Assembly (NCBI GenBank): GCA_963676105.1
Contig: OY781039.1
Span: 900,001 to 932,000, forward strand
Reading direction: 5' to 3'
DNA from: Erysipelotrichaceae bacterium
Lineage (GTDB): Bacteria; Bacillota_I; Bacilli_A; Erysipelotrichales; Erysipelotrichaceae
DNA: 32,000 bases
The notes below the pieces were generated by a model. It made no database searches. It was not told where the DNA came from and worked only from the letters and a program-made list of their open reading frames with translations. The translations under genes and the position numbers were made by a program. The number at the start of each line of letters is the position of its first letter. The stretch's first letter is position 1. This document shows positions 18,738-26,352 of the stretch, piece by piece.

Positions 18738-19670
18738 TTAAAAGTTAATACGTTTTTCTTCAACAACTAAAGGTCTTTTTAATAACCTTGCATTGATGTT
18801 TAAAACATATTCCCCCAACATTCCAATAAAAAACAATTGGATTGATCCTAGTACAAATACACCTACTACAATTGCGGCTGTTCCAACAGGATAAGTATCC
18901 CAATTAAGTAGTTTCATGACTACTGTATAAGCACCAATTAAAAAGCTAACAAATGATAGAAAGAAGCCTAAAAGTGTCGCAATACGCATGGTTGATTTTG
19001 AATATGAAGTAATACCTAACATCGCTAAGTCATAAAGTTTAAAGAAATTAAACTTTGTTTCACCAAACTCGCGTTTAGCTTGTTCATAATATACATCAAC
19101 ACGTTTAAAACCTAATTCAGCCACCATACCTCTTAGATAAGGTTGCGGATCTTGAATGTGTTTTATCACATCAATGAATTCTCTTGAATATAAGGCAAAT
19201 CCATTAAAATGTTCTATTTGATTGACTTCAGATAAATGATGAATAATTTTATAGTATAGTTTACGGACTAAAAACATTAAGACGTTTTCTTTGCTTTTTT
19301 TAACAATACCGGTAACAACTTTTGCACCATTTTCCCATTCACTGATTAAATCTGGAATTCGTTGTGGTGGATCTTGCAAATCCGCAGCCATTAATATAAC
19401 CGCTTCACCTGGCGTTTGAGTTAAACCATAAAATTGTGACTTCACAAAACCAAAGTTCATCGCATTAAAAATAGCCAAGACATTCTTATCTTTTTTTGTT
19501 ATATCTTCAATGATGTTACGTGTGCCATCTGTAGAATCATTATCAATAAATAATATTTGTGTCTTATATTGGTTTTGATAATCTAAAAGCACTTCATTAA
19601 CTTGTGTGTATACATTGTAAATATTCTCTTCTTCATTGAAACAAGGAATACAAACACTTATTTGTTTCAT
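18738..19670 (-). CDS. GT2 polyprenyl-phosphate glycosyltransferase (GtrB/CsbB type)
   Basis: Motifs SVCIPCFNEEENI, IDNDSTDGT and AADLQDPP, plus a C-terminal TM pair (IATLLGFFLSFVSFLIGAY; AAIVVGVFVLGSIQLFFIGMLGEYV). It overlaps the epimerase gene in an ATGA at 19667-19670. Confidence 0.88.
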   Translation of the reverse strand: MKQISVCIPCFNEEENIYNVYTQVNEVLLDYQNQYKTQILFIDNDSTDGTRNIIEDITKKDKNVLAIFNAMNFGFVKSQFYGLTQTPGEAVILMAADLQDPPQRIPDLISEWENGAKVVTGIVKKSKENVLMFLVRKLYYKIIHHLSEVNQIEHFNGFALYSREFIDVIKHIQDPQPYLRGMVAELGFKRVDVYYEQAKREFGETKFNFFKLYDLAMLGITSYSKSTMRIATLLGFFLSFVSFLIGAYTVVMKLLNWDTYPVGTAAIVVGVFVLGSIQLFFIGMLGEYVLNINARLLKRPLVVEEKRINF

Positions 19671-20227
19671 GATTGTACCTTCTTTTTAAAATCAGAAAAA
19701 GTTTGTAAGTTCTTATCTTTTTCAGAGAGGATAATGTCTTCAACTAAATTTACAGGCCAATCAACGTTGATATCTTTATCATTCCATAAAATACCATCGT
19801 CATCTTCACCCACAAACACCTCATTACATTTATAAGAAACAATGGAATCCTCTAACACTAAATATCCATGACCAAAATGCTCAGGAATCAATAATTGATG
19901 ATTGTTTTCTGAGCTTAGTTCAAACGAGATATATTCACCAAATGTTTTTGACTCAGGTCTTAGATCAACTACGACATCAAATACTTTACCATTTACACAT
20001 CGAACTAGTTTAGCTTGTTCATGGGGAGTTTGAAAATGAATCGCACGAACGACACCTTTCTTAGAAATGGTATAAAAGACTTCTTTTAAATCATGATTTA
20101 TCCCATTTTGTTTAAATGTATCCACATTATAATCTTTTATAAAAGAACCTCTATCATCATCTGAAATAAAAGGTTTTATTAAAACAACACCTTCAAATCT
20201 TGTTTTTTCAAAACTAAACTTTTGCAT
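19667..20227 (-). CDS. RmlC-fold cupin sugar-nucleotide 3,5- (or 5-) epimerase, probably acting on a CDP-4-keto-6-deoxyhexose
   Basis: Cupin epimerase motifs RGSFIKDY, RAIHFQ, KLVRCVNGKVFDVVVDLR, LLIPEHFGHGY and YKC. The ORF track starts at a TTG (20230). I prefer ATG 20227, which has SD GGGGAGA about 6 nt upstream. Confidence 0.8.
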   Translation of the reverse strand: MQKFSFEKTRFEGVVLIKPFISDDDRGSFIKDYNVDTFKQNGINHDLKEVFYTISKKGVVRAIHFQTPHEQAKLVRCVNGKVFDVVVDLRPESKTFGEYISFELSSENNHQLLIPEHFGHGYLVLEDSIVSYKCNEVFVGEDDDGILWNDKDINVDWPVNLVEDIILSEKDKNLQTFSDFKKKVQS

Positions 20228-21137
20228 CAATGTTCTCCCCTATCCATCTATATGTTTTTAAAATACCTTCTTCAAATGAAACTAAAGGATTAAATCCTGT
20301 ATCATTTTTAAGCGTTTCGATACTAAAAAATCCTTGATCCAAATTAACACCTTTATACGGTATATCTCCAAAATGTGGTATAACATCAGTTTTTACAGTC
20401 GTAAAAATTGTCTCTAAATAATTCCTTAATGCCATCGCTTTACCACTACCAATTAAGTACGTCGTATTATTATGACCTTTTTCAGCTATCAATCTAAATG
20501 CTTCCGCAACATCATCAATATATATAAAGTCATAAATTTGAGTGCCTGCTGTAAAAGCACAATATTCATTTAGATAAATCTTTCTTAGAGTAGAGTTAAT
20601 CAAACGAGGTGAAAATTCGTAAGGGCCATAAGCATTTGTGATTTTTACCCAAACATGTTCAATATTTAACTCATTAGCTTTACTTTTACTAAATAGTTTT
20701 GCGCTTAGTTTTGCAGTTCCATAACTGTAGTTTTTGGGTAATGCTTTATTTTCTTTAGATAGTTCAAAACTTTCATCTTCCATAATACTCCCTACACCAA
20801 TAAATTTAGTACAACCAAGAGACTTAGCGACTTCTACTGCATCAATCGTACTTAAAATATTTGATAGTTGTATTTCCGTATTTAAACGTTTTTCTCCACT
20901 AATACCTTCCCAAGCAAAATGAAATAAAACGTCATATTGCTCTTCTATTGTTGAAGTCAAAGATTTGATATCCTTCACATCGCTATATAAAACTTTTATC
21001 TTTTCAATGGGTAATCTTGATATATCTGAATTTTCATTTCTTAAAACTACGGTTACTTCATAACCGTGATTTATTAAATTACTAACTACAGCAGACCCAA
21101 CAAAACCATTAGCACCTGTAATAATCGCTTTAGTCAT
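20214..21137 (-). CDS. NAD(P)-dependent SDR, probable nucleotide-sugar 4-ketoreductase (paratose/abequose-synthase or AscF-like)
   Basis: 307 aa with Rossmann motif ITGANGFVGS and catalytic YGTAKL (YxxxK). It overlaps rfbG by 8 nt and sits between the dehydratase and the epimerase. Confidence 0.75.
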   Translation of the reverse strand: MTKAIITGANGFVGSAVVSNLINHGYEVTVVLRNENSDISRLPIEKIKVLYSDVKDIKSLTSTIEEQYDVLFHFAWEGISGEKRLNTEIQLSNILSTIDAVEVAKSLGCTKFIGVGSIMEDESFELSKENKALPKNYSYGTAKLSAKLFSKSKANELNIEHVWVKITNAYGPYEFSPRLINSTLRKIYLNEYCAFTAGTQIYDFIYIDDVAEAFRLIAEKGHNNTTYLIGSGKAMALRNYLETIFTTVKTDVIPHFGDIPYKGVNLDQGFFSIETLKNDTGFNPLVSFEEGILKTYRWIGENIDAKV

Positions 21138-22182
21138 TAAAATACTCCTGAATCTGCTTGATTGTCATTTCTTTCATATTTCCTTTATTGTAAAAGGCTT
21201 TATACCATACAACACTTTGGTTGACTGCATCTTTAGCATCCCATATTGGTTCCCAACCTAAAGTAGATGTTATTTTGTCATGGTTAAGTTGTAATAAATT
21301 TGCTTCATGTACTGATTCTTTAGATACATTCTTCCAAGAAGCATCTTCACCCCAAAACTCACAAAACAGATCAACTAATTTACCTGTTTGTAAATTATCT
21401 GAATCATTTGGCCCAATATTATAAGCACTCGCAAGTGTATGATCATCATACTGTTTCATGGCTAAAATCAAGTAAGCTCTCAATGTTTCCAAAACATGTT
21501 GATAGGGTCTTGTTGAATGTGGATTACGAACAATTATAGTTTCTTTCATTGAAGATGCTTTTGCACAGTCTGGAATAATTCGATTTTTAGAAAAATCACC
21601 GCCTCCAATAACGTTTCCACTACGTGCAGTTGAAACAGGAATATCTAATTCATTTAAAAATGATTTGATATATGAACTTGTAACTAACTCACTACAGGAT
21701 TTACTGTTCGAATATGGATCATATCCATCTAATCGATCATCCTCTACATATGCTTGTTTTTGCTCGGTATTAAAATACACTTTATCCGTTGTTATATTGA
21801 CTACCGATTTAACAGACCTACAGTGTCTAACACATTCTAAAACATTAACGGTTCCCATCACATTGGTTTCATAAGTATAAACAGGTTTCTCATAACTATC
21901 CCTTACCAATGCTTGTGCCGCTAAATGAAACACAATTTCTGGTTGATGTGTATCAAAAACTTTTTGTAAATGTTCTAAATCACGCACGTCACCAATAATT
22001 GAAACCATTTGTTTTTCATTTTGTGATAACGCGAAAAAAGACGGTACATTACTAGCTTCCAAGGCATATCCAATGACAAGAGCACCTTGTTCAATCAAAA
22101 TACGTGATAACCACACCCCTTTAAACCCAGTATGTCCTGTAATAAGGACTTTTTTACCTTTATAAAAACTTAAATCTAACAT
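21130..22182 (-). CDS. rfbG: CDP-glucose 4,6-dehydratase
   Basis: 350 aa with LITGHTGFKGVWLS and YSNSKS (YxxxK). Length and N-terminus are typical of RfbG/DdhB. The start abuts the rfbF stop. Confidence 0.88.
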   Translation of the reverse strand: MLDLSFYKGKKVLITGHTGFKGVWLSRILIEQGALVIGYALEASNVPSFFALSQNEKQMVSIIGDVRDLEHLQKVFDTHQPEIVFHLAAQALVRDSYEKPVYTYETNVMGTVNVLECVRHCRSVKSVVNITTDKVYFNTEQKQAYVEDDRLDGYDPYSNSKSCSELVTSSYIKSFLNELDIPVSTARSGNVIGGGDFSKNRIIPDCAKASSMKETIIVRNPHSTRPYQHVLETLRAYLILAMKQYDDHTLASAYNIGPNDSDNLQTGKLVDLFCEFWGEDASWKNVSKESVHEANLLQLNHDKITSTLGWEPIWDAKDAVNQSVVWYKAFYNKGNMKEMTIKQIQEYFND

Positions 22183-22956
22183 TTACCAAACTTTCCAAGG
22201 AGCCTTTTTATTCTCCCATAAATCATCTAAATAATTTTTATCACGCATAGTGTCCATACATTGCCAGAAGTCTGGATGCTGGTATGTAAATAATTTTCCT
22301 TTTTGTACAACTTGATCAAAAGGTTCTTTTTCTAAAATGGTTTTATCACCTTCTATTAATTCGAAGAATTCAGGTTCAATCACCATGAAACCACCATTAA
22401 TCCATCCACTATCACTCGCTTCTTTTTGTCTGAAACTTAAAACTTGATCATTTTCATTTGTATCAACAACACCAAAACGACCAGCCGGTTGGATAGTAGT
22501 AATGGTAACTAAGCTTTCTTTTTCATTATGAAATTTAATCAATTGATTTAAATCAACATTTGAAACGCCGTCACCATAAGTCAGCATAAATGGTTCATTG
22601 CCAATATAATCTTTAATACGTTTAACACGACCACCTGTCATTGTATCTAATCCAGTATCAACTAAAGTAACTTTCCAAGGCTCAGAAAAGTTATTATGAA
22701 TGGTCATTTTATTTTGAGATGAGAAATCAAAAGTCACATCACTTTGATGAAGATAGTAATTCGCAAAATACTCTTTTATCACAAAACCCTTATAACCTAA
22801 ACAAATCACAAAATCATTAAATCCATACTTCGAATAGTATTTCATAATATGCCATAAAATAGGTTTGTCCCCTATTTCAATCATGGGTTTTGGTTTTAAA
22901 TGACTTTCTTCAGATATACGCGTTCCATATCCACCAGCTAAAATAACGACTTTCAT
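22183..22956 (-). CDS. rfbF: Glucose-1-phosphate cytidylyltransferase
   Basis: MKVVILAGGYGTRISEESHLKPKPMIEIGDKPILWHIM is typical of RfbF/DdhA. The ORF track starts at 22971. I prefer ATG 22956 because the intervening sequence ATGAGGTGGACTGTT supplies SD GAGGTGG 6 nt upstream. Confidence 0.88.
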   Translation of the reverse strand: MKVVILAGGYGTRISEESHLKPKPMIEIGDKPILWHIMKYYSKYGFNDFVICLGYKGFVIKEYFANYYLHQSDVTFDFSSQNKMTIHNNFSEPWKVTLVDTGLDTMTGGRVKRIKDYIGNEPFMLTYGDGVSNVDLNQLIKFHNEKESLVTITTIQPAGRFGVVDTNENDQVLSFRQKEASDSGWINGGFMVIEPEFFELIEGDKTILEKEPFDQVVQKGKLFTYQHPDFWQCMDTMRDKNYLDDLWENKKAPWKVW

Positions 22957-22983
22957 AACAGTCCACCTCATCTATCTTCCCCT

Positions 22984-22989
22984 ATTATA
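22984..22989 (-). promoter_or_regulatory. Candidate -10 (TATAAT) for the rfbF operon
   Basis: The minus strand reads TGTTTAGTTTATAATAGGGG, with the TATAAT hexamer at 22989..22984. A weak -35-like TTTAAA lies 17 nt upstream. The SD and ATG (22956) follow. Confidence 0.35.
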
Positions 22990-23035
22990 AACTAAACATG
23001 ACGTTATTTAAAAAGGCTTTGTGATAAACTAAACA
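22987..23035 (+). repeat. 12-bp perfect direct repeat ATAAACTAAACA (two copies) in the divergent promoter spacer
   Basis: Copies lie at 22987-22998 and 23024-23035, 37 bp apart. Each is followed within 0-1 nt by an ATG. The first copy overlaps the minus-strand -10 and the second abuts the GT4 start. Confidence 0.6.
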
Positions 23036-23036
23036 C

Positions 23037-24221
23037 ATGAAAATATTGATTGTTTCTCAACATTTTTATCCTGAACCATTTCGTATCAATGATATTGCTT
23101 TTTCACTCGCAAAAATGGGACATGACATTACCGTTTTAACTGGTTTACCTAACTATCCAAGTGGTGTTATTGAAAAGGAATATAAATCTAAGAAAAAAAG
23201 AAAAGAAACGATTAATATCGTTCAAATTATTAGAACGCCTATTATCGCAAGAGGGTCTAGTTTATTAACAATGGGTCTTAATTATTTTTCCTTTGCGATT
23301 AACGCAAGTTTTAAAGCTTATTTCATAAAAAAGAAGTTTGATAACATCTTTGTTTTTCAAACAAGTCCCGTATCAATGGTCCTTCCTGGTATTGTTGTTA
23401 AGAATAAACAAAATATTCCTCTTTTTGTTTATTGTTTAGATCAATGGCCAATCAGTGTTACAACTGGTCCCATACCTGAAGGAAGTTTAATTTATAAACT
23501 ACTCTATTTTATAAGTACCTATCACTACAAAAAAGCAGATAAAATTCTATTGAGTTCAAAATCATTTGAAGACTACTTTCTAAAAGTTCTCAAACTACCT
23601 AAAGAAAAATACGGTTTAATTTATTGGCCATCTTATGCTGAAGATATTTACGGTGAAAGTATTTATCAAGAAAATGGAATATTTGATCTTGTGTTTGCAG
23701 GTAATGTTGGACCAGCACAATCTGTTGAAACTATTATAGAAGCTGCACATCTTCTAAAAGAGAAAACAGATATTCATTTTCATATCGTCGGCGATGGTTT
23801 AAGCTTAGAGAATTGTAAACAATTAGCTAATCAATATAATCTAAAAAACATTACATTCTATGGTCATCATCCTGTTGAAAAAATGAAGAAATATTATAAC
23901 TTAGCAGATGCTTTTTTAATCACTATGGTAGATAATCCAGTTGTCAACTCAACTCTACCAGCCAAGATTCAATCATATATGCGTGCAGGTAAACCCGTTT
24001 TCGGAGCAATTAATGGTGAAGTTATGCGTGTTGTAAACGAAGCGGATTGTGGCTGGGTATCACCATCTCTAGACGCACAAAAATTAAGTGAAAACATAGT
24101 TAATGCATTTAAAAATAAAGATTTATCCATTCAAAAGGGACAAAATGGACTAAACTATTACCATAAGCATTTTGATAAAAATAAACGTTTAAATCAACTG
24201 ATAGAAATTCTAGAAAGGTAA
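23037..24221 (+). CDS. GT4 glycosyltransferase, WbuB/WcaI-like (WbuB-type enzymes transfer L-FucNAc)
   Basis: The N-terminus is MKILIVSQHFYPEPFRINDIAFSLAKMGHDITVLTGLPNYPSG. C-terminal GT-B motifs are ADAFLITMV and LPAKIQSYMRAGKPVFG. It lies in the same strand block as fnlABC. Confidence 0.75.
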   Translation: MKILIVSQHFYPEPFRINDIAFSLAKMGHDITVLTGLPNYPSGVIEKEYKSKKKRKETINIVQIIRTPIIARGSSLLTMGLNYFSFAINASFKAYFIKKKFDNIFVFQTSPVSMVLPGIVVKNKQNIPLFVYCLDQWPISVTTGPIPEGSLIYKLLYFISTYHYKKADKILLSSKSFEDYFLKVLKLPKEKYGLIYWPSYAEDIYGESIYQENGIFDLVFAGNVGPAQSVETIIEAAHLLKEKTDIHFHIVGDGLSLENCKQLANQYNLKNITFYGHHPVEKMKKYYNLADAFLITMVDNPVVNSTLPAKIQSYMRAGKPVFGAINGEVMRVVNEADCGWVSPSLDAQKLSENIVNAFKNKDLSIQKGQNGLNYYHKHFDKNKRLNQLIEILER

Positions 24222-24229
24222 ATTTTAAA

Positions 24230-24565
24230 ATGCCAATAAAACTACAAATTGAAATTATCGGTTTTAGTCTTATCATGATTGCTGTAATTGTTAATCTTGT
24301 TCGAAACAATCGGATCACCATTAAATACTCTTTAATATGGATGTTTGCGATTCTTGGCATACTAGCTAGTGCGCTTATTCCAGGGGTGCTCCCATGGATT
24401 GCTACCCTTTTAGGATTTGAAACATTACCAAACTTTATCTTTACACTTATGATTGGAATTCTCATTGTTGTAAGTATGATGTTAACAATTATCGTTTCTG
24501 GTCAAAAGGATAAGATAAGAACTTTGACACAAGAGCTTTCACTCATGAAAGAAAAGATTAAATAA
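24230..24565 (+). CDS. DUF2304-type small membrane protein (GacJ-like partner of a short GT2)
   Basis: 111 aa with three to four hydrophobic helices and the motif LVRNNRITIKYSLIWMF after TM1, ending in a charged coiled tail. It sits immediately upstream of a TM-less GT2. Confidence 0.7.
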   Translation: MPIKLQIEIIGFSLIMIAVIVNLVRNNRITIKYSLIWMFAILGILASALIPGVLPWIATLLGFETLPNFIFTLMIGILIVVSMMLTIIVSGQKDKIRTLTQELSLMKEKIK

Positions 24566-24583
24566 ATCAGACAATTGGGGATT

Positions 24584-25291
24584 ATGAAAGACAAAATATT
24601 ATTTATTATTCCAGCGTACAACGAAGAAGAAAACATCCTTCAAACAGTACAATCCATCAACAACTACAATCCGAATTGGGATGTTTTAGTCATAAATGAT
24701 GGATCAAAAGATAATACATCTAGAGTGTGCAAAGAAAACAATATTAAAGTGATTGATTTAGTTATGAATCTAGGGATTGGTGGAGCTGTGCAAACAGGTT
24801 ATCTATATGCCTATCGAAATAACTATGATATTGCTATCCAGTTTGATGGAGATGGTCAACATGGCATCTCATCAGCTGAATCACTCATAAAGCCTATCAT
24901 CAATAATAAAGCTGACTTTGTAATTGGTTCAAGATTCATTGATAAAAGAAGAGATAATTTTCAATCATCTTTCTTAAGACGAATTGGAATAAGACTTATC
25001 TCTGCAACGATATGGTTATTATCAGGAAGACCAGTACTCGATCCTACATCAGGTTATAGAGCTGCTAATAAAAAAGTAATTGAATTCTTAGCTTATAATT
25101 ATCCAACAGAATTCCCTGAACCTGAATCAAATTTAATGTTGAATAAAATGAAATTTAGAATAAAAGAAGTTTTTGCGCAAATGCATGAAAGACAAGGTGG
25201 AACATCATCTATTCATACTTGGATTTCTGCCTATTATATGGTCAATGTTTTGTTTTCTTTATTCATTACGAGTTTAAGAAAATACGATTAA
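24584..25291 (+). CDS. Short GT2 (DPM1/GacI-like) polyprenyl-phosphate sugar synthase lacking C-terminal TM helices
   Basis: Motifs ILFIIPAYNEEENI, INDGSKDNT and QFDGDGQH (DXD-like) in about 235 aa. The ORF track begins at TTG 24575. I prefer ATG 24584, which is preceded by GGGG. Confidence 0.78.
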   Translation: MKDKILFIIPAYNEEENILQTVQSINNYNPNWDVLVINDGSKDNTSRVCKENNIKVIDLVMNLGIGGAVQTGYLYAYRNNYDIAIQFDGDGQHGISSAESLIKPIINNKADFVIGSRFIDKRRDNFQSSFLRRIGIRLISATIWLLSGRPVLDPTSGYRAANKKVIEFLAYNYPTEFPEPESNLMLNKMKFRIKEVFAQMHERQGGTSSIHTWISAYYMVNVLFSLFITSLRKYD

Positions 25292-25303
25292 AAAATATGT
25301 GAA

Positions 25304-25312
25304 TGTTATAAT
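25304..25312 (+). promoter_or_regulatory. Extended -10 promoter element (TGTTATAAT) upstream of fnlA
   Basis: TG at 25304-25305 and TATAAT at 25307-25312. The 13-mer ATGTTATAATTAT (25303-25315) is identical to 9405-9417, and both are followed by GCGATA or CGATA. Confidence 0.45.
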
Positions 25313-25338
25313 TATTTGCGATAGAAAATGAGGGCAAT

Positions 25339-26352
25339 ATGTTTAAAGGAAAAACTTTATTAATAACTGGTGGTACTGGATCATTTGGAAATGCAGTAAC
25401 CACTCGTTTCTTAAAAACTGATATCAAAGAAATACGAATTTTTTCTCGAGATGAGAAGAAACAGGATGATATGCGTAAACTCTATAATGATGAACGTTTA
25501 AAGTTTTATATCGGGGATGTTAGAGATATCGCAAGTGTTAAAAATGCGATGAATGGCGTTGATTATATCTTTCATGCAGCAGCTCTTAAACAAGTTCCCT
25601 CTTGTGAGTTTTTCCCAATGGAAGCTGTTAAAACGAATGTCATTGGTACCGACAATGTATTAACTGTAGCGATTGAAGCTAATGTTAAAAAAGTTATTTG
25701 TTTATCGACCGATAAAGCGGTTTATCCTATAAACGCTATGGGTATATCCAAAGCTATGATGGAAAAAGTTTTTGTCGCAAAAGCTAAAACTGTTTCAGAT
25801 GGCGGAACTGTAATATGTGGAACTCGCTACGGAAATGTTATGGCATCACGTGGTAGTGTTATTCCTCTTTTTGTCGATCAATTAAAACAAGGTAAACCAT
25901 TAACCATTACAAACCCAGATATGACTCGTTTCCTTATGTCCTTGGAAGAAGCTGTAGAACTTGTCCTTTTTGCTTTTAAACATGGAAATGCTGGCGATAT
26001 CATGGTTCAAAAAAGCCCTGCTTCTACTATTAAAGATTTAGCACAAGCTATTAAAGAACTTTTTAATTCAAATGTTGATGTCAAAATTATTGGAACACGT
26101 CATGGTGAAAAACTATATGAGACACTCTTAACAAAAGAAGAGTACTTAGTAGCTGAAGACTTAGGTGATTATTACCGTATTCCAGCTGATAAACGTGATT
26201 TAAACTACAATAAATATTTTGTTGAAGGTGATCAAGAATTATCACAAGAAGAAGATTATAATTCACACAATACAACACGACTAGATGTAGAAGGTGTTAA
26301 AAAAGCCTTACTAACTCTTCCCTATATTCAAAAGGAATTAATTAAAGAATGA
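25339..26352 (+). CDS. fnlA: UDP-N-acetylglucosamine 4,6-dehydratase/5-epimerase (CapE/FnlA/WbjB type)
   Basis: 337 aa with LLITGGTGSFGNAV, FHAAALKQVP, MEAVKTNVIGT and RYGNVMASRGSVIPLF. The CapF- and CapG-type genes follow. Confidence 0.88.
   Translation: MFKGKTLLITGGTGSFGNAVTTRFLKTDIKEIRIFSRDEKKQDDMRKLYNDERLKFYIGDVRDIASVKNAMNGVDYIFHAAALKQVPSCEFFPMEAVKTNVIGTDNVLTVAIEANVKKVICLSTDKAVYPINAMGISKAMMEKVFVAKAKTVSDGGTVICGTRYGNVMASRGSVIPLFVDQLKQGKPLTITNPDMTRFLMSLEEAVELVLFAFKHGNAGDIMVQKSPASTIKDLAQAIKELFNSNVDVKIIGTRHGEKLYETLLTKEEYLVAEDLGDYYRIPADKRDLNYNKYFVEGDQELSQEEDYNSHNTTRLDVEGVKKALLTLPYIQKELIKE

Noticed and set aside
22998-23024. 8-codon mini-ORF (MTLFKKAL) after the first copy of the 12-bp direct repeat, considered as a possible leader peptide
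   Set aside because: It is too short, has no SD, and shows no attenuator-like alternative hairpins downstream.
24109-24465. 118-aa minus-strand ORF, plus the other 60-100-aa track ORFs: 1450-1650, 2523-2711, 3236-3445, 7731-7919, 8924-9124, 9162-9371, 15828-16031, 17147-17344, 19602-19835, 20734-20922, 21221-21424, 21665-21874, 26087-26278, 27839-28036, 28678-28935, 30677-30985, 31052-31252 and 31543-31728
   Set aside because: All are nested antisense or out of frame inside long ORFs with clear family motifs. Their low-complexity composition is typical of AT-rich shadow frames, and they have no SD or independent intergenic space.
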